A DNA stretch of 64,000 bases, from NCBI GenBank assembly GCA_905178155.1, contig CAJINV010000002.1, positions 12,347,621 through 12,411,620 on the forward strand. Reading direction: 5' to 3'. This DNA comes from Amoebophrya sp. A120 (taxonomy: Eukaryota; Protista; Dinoflagellata). The position numbers were made by a program, and so were the translations under genes. Below, one piece after another: positions 1 to 11,700 of this stretch. The notes beneath the pieces were generated by a model. The model searched no databases and was not told the DNA's origin. It saw nothing but the letters and a program-made list of their open reading frames with translations. Numbering within the stretch: position 1 is the stretch's first letter; each line of letters starts with the position of its first letter.

Positions 1-87
1 TTCAGAATTTGAAAGAATAAGCGGCTGCATTTGTACAGAGCCGCCCGAGTGGTTTTATTTTTTCCCATGCACAGGTCGAGCCTCGTG

Positions 88-1938
88 AAAGTAATTATGG
101 ATGGACACTTGCCAGTTGCGGAACCATCCAGAGTTCGATACTGAGCGGAAAATAATTGCGCTCAGTATCGAAAATGCGCGTATTCGCAAGGCCACAGAGA
201 CCGAAATCGGGTCGGGCCGATGGGTGTGACGCGTGGCCCGCAACGAACGAAGTCGCACGACCAAATCCCACACCCCCTGGCCCGCCCCAGCAGCCAAGGA
301 AATTTGTAGTGCTGCCGACCCATTGCACCTACCCAAGTAATCGGCCGTGGGCGACAAGAGCTTGGCGCGCATTCCCTCCGCTGCAACGAAGCTAGCAGGT
401 GGAGCCAGGACAGACGCACCACGGGCGCCGCGCGCGCCGCCGTTACAAAACCAAAGTCAAGGATAGCTTTGCTGCGGCACGGTCCGCGTCACAAGCTGCG
501 GCGCCGTGAGTCAGTGCGACGGCAAGCAAGCAATTCCTCGGGCGCGGCTCCATCGATGCCGGGTGGGGCGGGCGCGGGCGGTCTGCGCTGCTCGGGCATT
601 AAGGGGAGCAGGCAGAGGGCAGTCTGGCAGGCCGGCCAGACCTCACGGTGGCCGGCCGCGACGGACAGCCACGCCCTGGCGGCGGCAACGCAATTGACCA
701 ACGCAGACGCTTTTTTTTGGCGCCGCGGGGCTGCAGCAGGGGGCGGGGGACCTCGGGGCAGAGCGGTCGCAACATTGCACAGACGGCCCATGCCGCATGC
801 GGCATAGAGGGGCGCGACCCCTTCCTGGCCAAGCGGAGCGCGCAAATTTCCGCCGGGGCCTGCGCAAAAAAGGTAGCAGCGGTGGCTGCGAAGCCCACAC
901 ATTCGCAGGCGTGAGGCCAAGAAAAACGGAGGCGCCACTCGGCATGCCCCACCGGCACATTTTGCGATCAGAGCGAAGAAACAGCTGCTGTGCGGGTGTT
1001 TCTTCCGCTGATCGGAAGAAACACCTGCACAGCGCCTGTTTCTTCGCTCCGATCGCAAAATATCGGCGGTGTCACGCGTTTCCGAGCGATCGACTTTTGG
1101 CTTGCGCGAACGCTGCGACGCGTTCTGCGCGGGCCGGAGTCGGGCGTGGAGGTGCGGCGCTTTTCCCCAGTGCGCGCGCGAGGGAACGGTGGGTCACGGG
1201 CGAAAAATATCAGCACATGTATACAATAAACGAGTCGCGACGCTGCCTCGGCCCGACAGGCCACCTAGAGTGCGCGCCTGCGCATGCACGCAACAACAAT
1301 AGGCAGCAAAATGGGCCCAAAGGGGGGCGGCGCCGAAGCTCACGCACTGAGTTGTGCCAGCACACGCCCCAGGCAGAACTAGTCGCAGAGACCCGAATCG
1401 CCGCGAGTGCGCTTTGGGCGATGCGTGGGTGGGACGGGGGGGGCGGGTCCAAGCAAGGGTGCGGCTGCGGCGCCCGGCCGGGTATAACCCGATGGCGGAC
1501 CCGGCCAGATCGCGCCAGCTCGCACACTCGCGCGCGGGCGAGACCTTTTGCAAAAGTTGCGTCCCCCGAGCTGGCGAAGCAGGCACGACGGGAATAACAC
1601 ACGCTGCGGGGCTGACGGCTCTGTTGCGGGGCTTCAAGTGGCGCATGAGCATGCGGCGCATCTGCTAGCCACCACCCAGGAAATATCTTACACAGAGATA
1701 CTGCGCGGGGCCGCGCGGCTAGGGCCTTTTTCCGGGCTAGGCGCGCCTTACCACAGTTACGTTGCAGTTGCGCGGGCTCTGGGAGAGCGCAGGCGAAGCG
1801 CCCGCCATAGCTACAAAACCCTTGAAAGTGGCTGCTTTTTTACGACTGCCCGCAAGCGCCTTTTGCGATTGATTTTGCGCTCAGTAGCGAACTCCCGATG
1901 GTTCCGCAACTGCATTGTGTCCGTGCATAAAAGTAATT
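88..1938. repeat. Degenerate ~1.85-kb palindrome with near-perfect central hairpin (959-1061)
   Basis: ~95-155 (tggacacttgccagttgcggaaccatccagagttcgatactgagcg) is the diverged reverse complement of ~1870-1925. Arms 959-1007 and 1013-1061 are 49-bp inverted repeats with 4 mismatches. Both pairs centre on ~1010. Confidence 0.8.
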
Positions 1939-2432
1939 CTGTATTGAAGGCCAGTAAGACGGCGTCGTCGTTCGTTTTTGTTTCCAAAGAAGATGAAAAT
2001 CATACCGAGGGAGGCGTCGTGGCTCCTACAAAGAGGAGTCGCGCAAAGCCTTTTGCTTTTCTTTTGCCCGGGAATCTTCGGTTGTTTTTTCGTGCTCGCC
2101 GAGGGCTTCATCTCTTCCGGATGTTTTTTGATGTTTCTGAGTTCGCGAGTGATTTGTGGCCGAGCTCCGGGCTTGAATAGTACCAGGCTGGCATTGAGTG
2201 TTTTTGATATTGGCGCTCTTTTTTTCTTGTTTGCCTGTTTCCGTGCCATCTGTACAGCTGCAGCCCGGTCACGAACTGCACAGGATTTTCAGAACGCCTT
2301 ATATGTCTAGAGGCTTGGACTGAAGACGTTTTCTAGAGAAGCCATTCCGACTTTCTGATAAGGTTTGTGGCAGAGTGTCTCAGCCCGCAGGCTTTGTAGA
2401 TTGGGTTTTCAGCACAAGTAGAACACTTCAAG

Positions 2433-5400
2433 ATGAGCGACTCCGATAGCGGCTCTTTTTCCCAGGTTTCCGTCTCGGCGGACGAAAATCCCGAACCCAC
2501 GGTGGAAGAATGGGTGCTCATCACGCAGGTGATGACCGTGCCGGAAAAGGTGGAGCCGCATGCCGACGTGCGGCGGCGGGTGGTGAAGAACTTCTCGATG
2601 CCGGAGGCGGGGGGCAAGCACCCGAGTTCGTGGATGGACGACAAGGGCAAGGTCAAGGGGTATCATCAATTTCGTGGAAAATTTGTCGCGAATTTTGTCA
2701 CGATCTCGAATCAGGGAGAGTACCCGGCACATTGTTATTATATTTCTTCAAGGTGATAACTTGCTGATGCGTAGGCTTCTTAGATCGTATTACCTTCGTA
2801 GTTGGCTCCTTGGTCTCATGTGTGGTCCTCTGATTTTGTTCTTTGCATGCGCTGTTACTTCCCTTGCGCCGCAGATCAAACTGCGGCGCGACACAGTTTT
2901 TAATTTCAACAAAATGAACAACAGTGCGACGAACTCGCGTCCCTGTTGCCCCGGGACGTTGAGGGTTTTTATTACGGTTTTTACAACACTGGCGGCTTCC
3001 CGGGGTTGGGGTTGTGGGTACCGAAGCGGTTTTTTCGGGGTTCCTCGATGTTCTACGACGGGGCGTACGAGTCGAGCACCTACGTGATCGATTCGATCGC
3101 GACGACGCACGCGAGGGTAAGAGCTTTTTGGCCCGTGCTAGTATGTTAGTCTCCCTGTGTGTCGGAAATGCCATTTTATTGGCGCCTCGGGTTTCGGATC
3201 CTCCTGTTCAGTTTCATGCCCGTGCTCTGTGTACTCTAGTCGCCAGCCCCAGCGCATATCCTCACTATAATCCACGGAATTGAAAACAGGCCCTCGGTAA
3301 CTTGACCATCATGAAAACCTGGCGTGACGAGAAGATCTGGTGCTGCGTCATCGGGTTCGTCTTGAAGTTGCCGAAAAAGATGGACAGCTTCATCAAGGTC
3401 TTCAACCTGTACCGCTCGGGCACGAAGAACGGCCTGTCGGAGTACCTGAGCGCCCTGATGTCGTCCGTTTCGCCGGGCCGCCGGAGAAAGCCGGAGGATT
3501 CCAGTCACCCCGCGCTCCAGGCCCTGGTCGTATCCTGTGCAAAAGTACCGCATTCCTAGTAATCGCAGTCATGCATTACAAATCTCAATCCCAAGGCAAA
3601 GCAGCATGACAGATTCCTTTTCTCGTGCTCAGCTAATTTGTCATGCGAATTATACTAGTGCAATATTTTTGCAGTGCATAAGGCGACGGCAAGAACAACG
3701 CCAAGGCCCAAAACGTGGCCAAGCAGCACACCCAGTTGCTAGCCATCGCGAACACCCCGCTTGGTGCGTCGTCTTCCGCGGGCTCTCCGATCGTGCCGCA
3801 GGTGCTCTCTGGCCTCGGCATGCAGACCGGGAAGGGCAGCGCCAACCTGGAGGAGAGCGTCCTCCGCTCGATCATGGGTATATTTGTTTTTTGTTGTTTT
3901 CGTCCATGCAAGACGTTTGTTTATTTGCATTTTCCTACGATGATGCTCTGTATGACCGGCATTTCCACTCACTAAAATTGCCAGATTTGTCGGCCTGCAC
4001 TTACTTGGAGTCCGGGCTGCTGCATACCAAAGACGATTATGACCTGCTCGACCGGGGAATCAAAGCGTTGGGCACCAAGTTGGGAAACATCGTGTCGCAG
4101 AAGAACTTCGCGGCGCGCGGTGGACCGTCCTCCAGTCGTGCGGGGAACCTGGCGGCCGACATCAAGGCGAAGAAGCAGCAGGAGCAGCGTCTGCAGGCCC
4201 AGAAGAAAAAGGAGTTGGATAAGGAGGCCCTGCTACAGCGCGAAATCAATGAAAAAAACGGAGCAGGTACATTTAAGACGCGTGTTGTTTCTAACATGAA
4301 CGCGCATGGTCATGGTTCGTGTGAGTCGTTCATGAGGATCACGCGCACGCCAAAACTCAAAGGTGCCGATAAGGCGAAAGGCAAAGTCATCTCCACGGGT
4401 CTGAGCGGGGCGCAGTTGAAGGGTTTGAAAGGCGCTACCATCGTGGTGGAAGAAGATGCCGATGGGAGCGAGGTGGTCAAGGTGGTGAACAAGGCGGGCG
4501 CGGTGGTCCACCAGGATTCGGGCGCCGATTTGGCGGGCGCGAAAAACGCCTCCGACCAGGACACGACGGCGAACCTGCCCTCTGGCACGGCCGGGGATGA
4601 CGAGGCCAAGCCGGTGGAACCGGAGGAAACCAAGCCTAAGCCGACCCCGATGAGGCGCAAACGCGGTGCGAGCAAGGACGTGCAGGATGCGGACGGCTCG
4701 GAGGTGCCCGCCCCGGTGGACGCGAAGCTGAGCAAGCGTGCTAAGAAAATACGCATTGCAAATTGATCGCAGTCGTGCCAATTGCATTACAAGTTCTTTT
4801 CAGATAAGACCTGGGAGGCTTCGTTGTTGATCTTGCCAGCAGCGCAAGTCTGTAATGCAATAATGCGATCCGCACGACTGTGATTTCTTTGCGTAGCATA
4901 CAGCGTTGCCGCCGACGCCGCTGCTCTAACGGAGAAAGAAAAGGCGAAGGCCCTGATCGAGGAGGCGGATAAGAAGGCGGAGGTCGAGCCGGAAGAAAAC
5001 GGGAAGGGCAAAAACAAGCGCAGTACGAAGGCCGTCCCGGCGCCGAAAGCGGCCTCCCTGGTCCCGGAACCGTCGGCGAAGGATACAAAGAACGTCTTCG
5101 CCGATTTTCTGGCTAAGAAGAACGCGGCCAAGGGCAAGCTCGACACGGTCGGAAAGACCCCCCCGGGAGGTGTCTCTGCGAACAACAACAACGGCACGCT
5201 CGGCGGCGGGGTGAGCAAGAAGGGGAATTCGGAGGGGAATCACACGGAAGGCGTCTCCAGTCCCCCGGCGAAAAAATCCCACCGCGACTACTCCAAGTTG
5301 GAGGACTCCTCCGACTCCTCCCTGAAATCCGGGTCCTGGTCGTTGTCGTCCTACGATTGGGACGCGGACCTCCGCGCGTTGTCGCAGGAGGAGGCCGGGC

Positions 5401-5555
5401 ACTCGTCGCACGTGCCGTCCCACCCGAGCCACTGGCCCGGATCCGATAGTGAGGAATACTCTGGTCGCGCCGTGGACTCGAGCTCCGGCGAGATCGCGCC
5501 GGGTTTCGAAACCAACGCCGACCAAGAAGAAGCGCGGCGCGTGAGTGGGGGATGA
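2433..5555 (+). CDS. Multi-exon hypothetical protein (cargo gene A), Lys/Ala-rich middle, Ser/acidic C-terminus
   Basis: ORF pieces 2433, 2946, 3302, 3715, ~3990-4749 and 4906-5555. Removing elements 3531-3680 and 4750-4900 plus 5 bp each restores frame (ALV-DGKNNAK; AKK-IAADAAAL). The 5' exon boundaries are uncertain and no family is recognised. Confidence 0.6.
3531..3680. mobile_element. 150-bp TIR introner (TATCC...GCATA) in cargo gene A
   Basis: Ends tatcctgtgcaaaagta / tatttttgcagtgcata; degenerate flanks ggtcg/aggcg; similar to 9208-9357. Confidence 0.8.
4750..4900. mobile_element. 151-bp degenerate TIR introner in cargo gene A
   Basis: tacgcattgcaaattgatcgcagtcgtgc pairs with gcacgactgtgatttctttgcgtagcata. 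Removal plus 5 bp restores frame, but no direct repeat is recognisable. Confidence 0.65.
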
Positions 5556-6371
5556 TTCGTTGTTGTGGCAGGAATTGCACTCAGTGTTACGAAACTTAGA
5601 TAGACGAGACATCTTAGAAATCGGAAGCACTAAAGAATGAAAGGTTGTAAAATTTCGTCAAGTATTAATTTTGTTGCGAAAGACTTATCATCAGACTTGT
5701 GACCTCAGCTTCTTCCTGGAGAAAAATAGAGCCAGACTGTACCGCGTCGCCTCTTACGAAAAAGAAGCGACAATAACGACAACAGAGCGAAACGATTATG
5801 AATAAAGAAAGGAACTGCCGCAGCTAATTCGGCAGGTTTATATGAATGAAAAAAATCACAGTGATTCTAGAGTTATAGGGTGCGCAATAAGTATGCATAG
5901 AGTAAAAGACAAACACACACACACACACGGCACCAGCGATCGTATGGAATTTTATGGGATAGTGAAGAGGCTCTATTCTGCTTTGATGTTTCGCAGGCGA
6001 TTCGAAACGTCAGCACTAGGCGTCTAAAAAAAGGTCCGTCACTATTAGATTGTAGAACATTAGTGCAAATTTGAATGCGGGAATCAAGTGAGGCGCTATA
6101 AAGCTGGGCCCGAGACTAGAGCAAGGTAGCCGCAGTATAGCCAGGACTGCGGCGGGCTTTACCTGTTTCGTTTTTGGTTTTTTTTCTGACATGGAGCGCA
6201 GCACACTCGTTTTTTTGCTTTTTTTTCTGCGTGGTGCCGGATTGTTTTTGGTTGAGGTGCGTTCGCCCACAGACGAAAAAAACCACACCACTCATTCGCA
6301 AAACACAGTCGAGCAGTTTCAGTTGAAGACCCGAAACTACAAGAGTTCTCCCCACCCAAAAAAACTAGAAA

Positions 6372-7215
6372 ATGGCCGACGTGGGCCCGGCTCGTCTGGA
6401 GCCGAATCGCGACGCTTTCGGTCTTGAAGCCGAGTTGTACAACGAGAAGGCGTATTTTCGCATCCCCTTCGCGTTGCTGGGTCAGAAGGCCGACGATGTC
6501 ATCGACTACGCCAACCGGGACACCCGGTTGGGATACTACCAAACCAAGCAGTTGTGGCGGCTGCGCTCGGCGGTTGCGGACCTCATCGACGCCTGTGAGT
6601 CGCTAGATGGCACGGAGATCATCCTGCGGAGCATGCACAAATAATACACCGGCTTGAAGGACCTTGTTCCGTATCCTGTGCAGAAATGCCACTCCTTTAC
6701 TTTGCAGCCACTACTCCTCAGCATCTCGCGCCGAATAAAAATAGGCCAAAGAAGCCTCGTGTAGATATTGAGGAGGACTGTGACGCAGCTACAAAGCGAG
6801 TGGCATTTTTGCCATGCATATTCCAGCGAGCCAGCACGATTTCGCGGCCAATCCGGACGGCCACGATTTAATAACGGCGGAGGGTCTCCTCTCCTTGATG
6901 TCGCACAAACTGGAAAATATGAAAAACCAAAAAGACTGGGCCATCAAGGTGGAGGCCTGTGCCGCGGCCTTCAGCGAGGCGATAGTAAGCACAGTCCGCG
7001 CAGCAACCGACCACGGGGACTTCATGCTCGCCCCGGGAGTGTGTATGGATGACGCAGCGACTACCCACCACGAGGTGTTGACGCTGATCGGGGAGGATTA
7101 CCTCGGGGACATTTGCGCACAGTGTACTATTGACATACTTCGTTGCTTTGTTCTTTGTGTTGGCGCCTGCATCTGGTGGCGCCACGGGCAGGCAGCCTAT
7201 TTTTGGGCGATGTAG
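6372..7215 (+). CDS. Hypothetical protein (cargo gene B), possibly pseudogenised by an in-frame TAA at 6642-6644
   Basis: ORF 6372-6644 and ORF 6814-7215 join in frame (MHK*YTGLKDLVP-ASQHDF) after removing introner 6672-6820 plus 5 bp. Confidence 0.5.
6672..6820. mobile_element. 149-bp TIR introner
   Basis: tatcctgtgcagaaatgccactc / gagtggcatttttgccatgcata; flanks ttccg/ttcca. Confidence 0.8.
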
Positions 7216-7334
7216 GTGCGCGTGGCCAAACGCCTCGCGCTGGGGCCTTTGGGGGCCGGCCGCTTTGAAAAGACGCCCGCGTATTTAGCCACTTGGCCGC
7301 CCAAAGCGGTTTGGCTGATTGCCGGCCTTCGGAT

Positions 7335-8545
7335 CAGAAAAACGCATCGGTGCGAAACGCATCGGAGCAAACTTTGCTCCGATGCAGAGGGGCCTCGCAG
7401 TGCCGCGTGCCTGGCAGGGGGCGTGGCCAACACAATCGAGAAAGCGTGGCCGTTTGTCATGCTGTTCCGCTTCTTGACCCCATCGCGCTCGGCGCGCGCG
7501 TTGGTCTTTGCATCGAATGCGGACAAAACGCATCGGAGCAAAACACAGAAATCATCAGGCAACGGCATGCTTTGATGCCGTTTTCGCAACAACTGCGGAC
7601 AGCACTACAAACATTATCCACCTCCGGGCAGCTCGATCCACAACCGTCTCCAACTTCCACAGCTCACAAAGGTTCCGGCTCCCGCTCACTTTTGTCGAGC
7701 GGGAACTGGAACCTTTGTGAGTTGTGGAAGTTGGCAACGTCTGTGAAAGTTCGAGTTCCCGCTCGACAAACCTGAGGTTTGTCGAGCGGGAACTGGAACT
7801 TCCACAGCCGTTCGGCTGTGGAAGTTCCGCTTCCCGCTCGACAAACCTTCAGGTTTGTCGAGCGGGAACTGGAACTTTTGGCTTTGCAACGTTTTCAAAA
7901 GTTCCAGTTCCCGCTCGACAAACCTTTGTTTTAGGTTTGTCGAGCGGGAACTGGAACTTCCACAGCCGTTCGGCTGTGGAAGTTCCGCTTCCCGCTCGAC
8001 AAACCTTTAGGTTTGTCGAGCGGGAACTGGAACTTTTGGCTTTGCAACGTTTTCAAAAGTTCCAGTTCCCGCTCGACAAACCTTTGCTTTAGGTTTGTCG
8101 AGCGGGAACTGGAACTTTTGAAAACGTTGCAAAACTAAAAGCTCCAGCTCAAGCTCGACAAAACTGCTCTCGGTGAAGAGCAGGTCGAGCAGGGGTTCGC
8201 TGCTGATCCAGTTCCCGGGAGTTGGATAAAGGGTTCTCAGACGCGGCGCCGCTGCATTAGTTCTGTTCGCAGTTGTTGCGGAAATGGCATTAAAACATGC
8301 CGCTGTCTGATGATTTCTGTGTTTTGCTCCGATGCGTTTTTTCCGCATTCGGTGCAAAGACTAAGGCGTCACGCGATCGGGTGTTTGCGCAATACAAACG
8401 CTAGATTGAAAGCGCAGGCCGGTCGGGCGCCGCGCTTTGGTATTTCTGTCCTTTTGGGCCGTTGTGTCGAAGAAGCGCGCCGTCGCTCCGATGCATTTCG
8501 CAGCGATGCGCTTCGCGCCGATGCCAGCAGCGATGCGTTTTTGGT
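7335..8545. repeat. ~1.2-kb nested palindrome with a central array of alternating inverted 27-bp repeats (7670-8190)
   Basis: 7501-7610 is the diverged reverse complement of 8255-8364. The central unit aggtttgtcgagcgggaactggaactt alternates with its reverse complement about 14 times. There is a 158-bp higher-order tandem (7775-7932 / 7933-8090). Confidence 0.92.
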
Positions 8546-8790
8546 CTATCGGGAGGCTTTTGAGTTGTGGCCGTTTCCCCTCTTGTGTTGCCTGGGAAAT
8601 GGACAGCGCCATGGGGTTTTCCGTAATTTCTGACCAAAAAGAGCTTCCTTGTGGAGCTTGCCGGAATGAGAGGGGCCTGCCCAAAATTGAACGAATACCT
8701 CTGAAAAGAGGTACTTTTTTGACCTCGAAAATTAGTTTCCCCGCATGCTATGGCACGATACGAATACCCCTGACGAATACCTCTTTTCCT

Positions 8791-11700
8791 ATGTATTTCT
8801 TTAGACTCTCTGTTGTTGGACGAGACTCAGTATCAGTTCTCAAATCAGTGTGTCCGGATGGTTTGACGAGTTGCGAGGAGTACATTGCGACGTGGTTACG
8901 GTATGGCGTCGGTTGCCCCCAAGAGCAAGGGGAGGCCTTGGAGTACATGTTGGAGCGGGTTTTAGCCAAGGAGTCCGATCTTGTCGATGAAGGTATATAG
9001 TTCAGCAGATGGATTCTGTCCGGAGTGTGGTGGTTTTTTGTCCCCAATGGATCAGGGCGGTAATAGATTCATGCCTTCGTAGGTCTATCGAGGCTTCACT
9101 TCATAAAAAAGCGCCAGGTTGGAAGTTGATCGGCGGCCCAGGCGAAGTAGTGGAAGATGAGGAGGGTGAGGATTTACAGCAGGACGAGACAGCCCCCGTC
9201 GCAGCGGTATCCTCTGCAAAAGTACCGCGCCCGTATAGATGCAGTTCTTGCATTACAAATCCTTTTCCTAAGGCATATCCGCATGACAGATTCCATTTCT
9301 CATGCTAAGGAGATTTGTAATGCAATTTATACTAGTGCGATATTTTTGCAATGCATAAGCGGTGGCGGAAAGCAACACTCCGGTCAAGACAACGGGCCGA
9401 AAGCGAAAGGACCAAAAGCAGAGGGTCCAGCCGTTGGGGAATCCCGCCATGTCGGACAAGAAGGTGCACCAGGCCCGTGTGGCGTTGATATCTCAGCACA
9501 TGCTGACGCTGAAATGCGTCAAGCTGTTGAACCTGGGAAACACCACAGACCCGGTGGGCATGTCGACCGACGACTTTACCGTCAACGGCAGGGGCACCAG
9601 CCTGGCGCGGGTGCGCGCGCGGCATCTGCGGCACCCGCTGACGAAAGGGAAGCCGATACTCACAACGCTCACTCTCCCAGCGTTCACCCAGCGGAAGGTA
9701 TCTGCGAAGGAGGTGAAGGACGCAGTTGCTGCTATGGCGGGACACAAGAAAGAAGACGGCGACTTTTTCATCTCCGCGATGGAGCAGGCGGCCCTCTTGA
9801 AGGCCATCAACGAACTCCTCCTCGACTCGCCCGCCGGGACGATTAGACCGCTCCTGATTACAACCGACAAAGGCAGCAAGCAATTCCGTTTCTGGGCCTG
9901 GAAAATGTGCCGGTCGGACCCGACGGGCTGCTTTTTCGACGGTTGTCATTTGGACACGAGCCAACTGCTGTCGGTGGCCAAGGTTTGTTCACCGAGTGAA
10001 GTGGTAAAAATGCTGAAATTGAGGAAAGCAGCAAACAGCACACACTCCGCGAAGTTCGCCGGGGTGTTGTTAGCAATGCGGGACTTCACCGACGCGGAAA
10101 TCCTCGACGCCATCGGGGATGATAACCATGATCTGGAGGACGAGATAGGAGTCTGCGCGGATGCTCAGGAATTAGTAAAGGAATTCCGGAAAGCCTGCGA
10201 GCGGTGCCTGAAGGATCTCTACCGGCTGCGGAACAAGAGGCTTTGCAAGTATGCTTACCTCTGCGCCAGTTTGAAGACGAATTGGACCACGTTTCGGCGT
10301 GCGTCGCGGATCGTGTACTACCGGGAATACGGCAACATCAACCCGCCGCTGCTGGCCAAGACCGACTTAAAACATGAAGTGGCGCCGGGCTTCGCTGATC
10401 CCGTGGCGCGGGTCTCGTACAACCGCGAGGATATGGAAAAAGTCTTTTCCGCTCTGTGCGCTTATGCGGAGAAAGACCGCTCCGGGAAAGGTATATATCT
10501 CTTCACATCTGCTGGCCATGCATAAATCTGTATTGCGTGAAAAATCTCCATCTTAAAAATTTCAGGTTTTTCCGGCCTGGTGGATGAGTTGTACGACTCG
10601 GAGAGCGAGGAGAGCGCTCTCGACAAGGAGGACAACGCCGCGGCGCCACCAGCGGCCCAGGTCTTGAACAACAATAATGACCAGGAGGAGGAAAACGAGG
10701 AAGACGATTTGTTTGAAGATGACAACAAAAAGCCAACAGACGGCGACGTGGAGATGGAAGACGCGTATCCCGCGGAGGCGGAGCCCAGGAACAAAATGAA
10801 AACGAAGATGAAGAAGGCCGGATCCTTTCCGGAAGTAGTCGAAGTGAAGAGCAGTGTGGCGGTGCAGAGCAAGGTGGAGGACCAAGAGGTGGAGGCATTC
10901 CTTTCAACTATTACCGCGGGCGACCGGAAGAAATACATCCCCGGGCTCTTCTGCCTCTTCAACTCACCGGCGTCGCGGATGAAGTGTCTTGTGTACGAAC
11001 GCCTCGCAAAGCCAGTCCTCTTCGTGCATGCGTTGAGCATAGTAACAAACCATACAAATCTCCACTCGAAGGCGGTTTACTTCAACGTCGGACCCATGTT
11101 GATGAGCGAAATCGCGAAGAGTTTTCGTTGTCCGTTAGACAACGCATTGACATCGTGCGCGGACAATCTGCATGGCCTGCCCGGGTTGCTGGGAACAACC
11201 ATGGAGCACATGGTGTCCAGCCGGCTGCGCACCAACCTGGAACAATTCTCGCAATACCGCCGCCTGTTCTCCTACGCCCGGAACGACGAATTAGATCAAA
11301 CATTGGGACACGCGCTGAAGAACCTCGACAACTACGAGAGTTCAGTACAGTGGGTTTTGTCGGCTCCGGCCGAGATGGTCTGCTCCCCCTACATCTTCGG
11401 GCTGGGAGGAAAGCGGGAGAAGATGCACAGCTCGGACATAACAGACCAGAACAAGGACTTTGTCGGCGACACCGAGATCATGAAAACGCGGCGATCTCCT
11501 CTGAATTGGGACGCCGAAAAATGCCCACCAATCGCGGAGTACGAATTGCGCTGCGCGGAGCGGGTCAAAAGCGCGGCGGCTATCACCGACTACAAACCCT
11601 GCCAGCAAATCTGCAAGTATTTGCTGCAGGAGGACAAGCATTGGATCATCCAGAAGAGCATGAAGCTGCTGCACAGTTTGGAGCACAACACCTTTACGGA

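Noticed and set aside
55-2310. Many overlapping Arg/Ala/Gly-rich ORFs
   Set aside because: They fall in a GC-rich palindromic region with no coherent gene structure.
6671-6826. Apparent GT...AG pair bracketing the introner, suggesting conversion to a canonical intron
   Set aside because: Splicing at this pair puts the downstream exon out of frame; only the element-plus-5-bp removal works.
7670-8190. CRISPR-like appearance of regularly spaced 27-bp repeats
   Set aside because: Repeats alternate in orientation, linkers recur rather than being unique spacers, there are no cas genes, and the context is eukaryotic.
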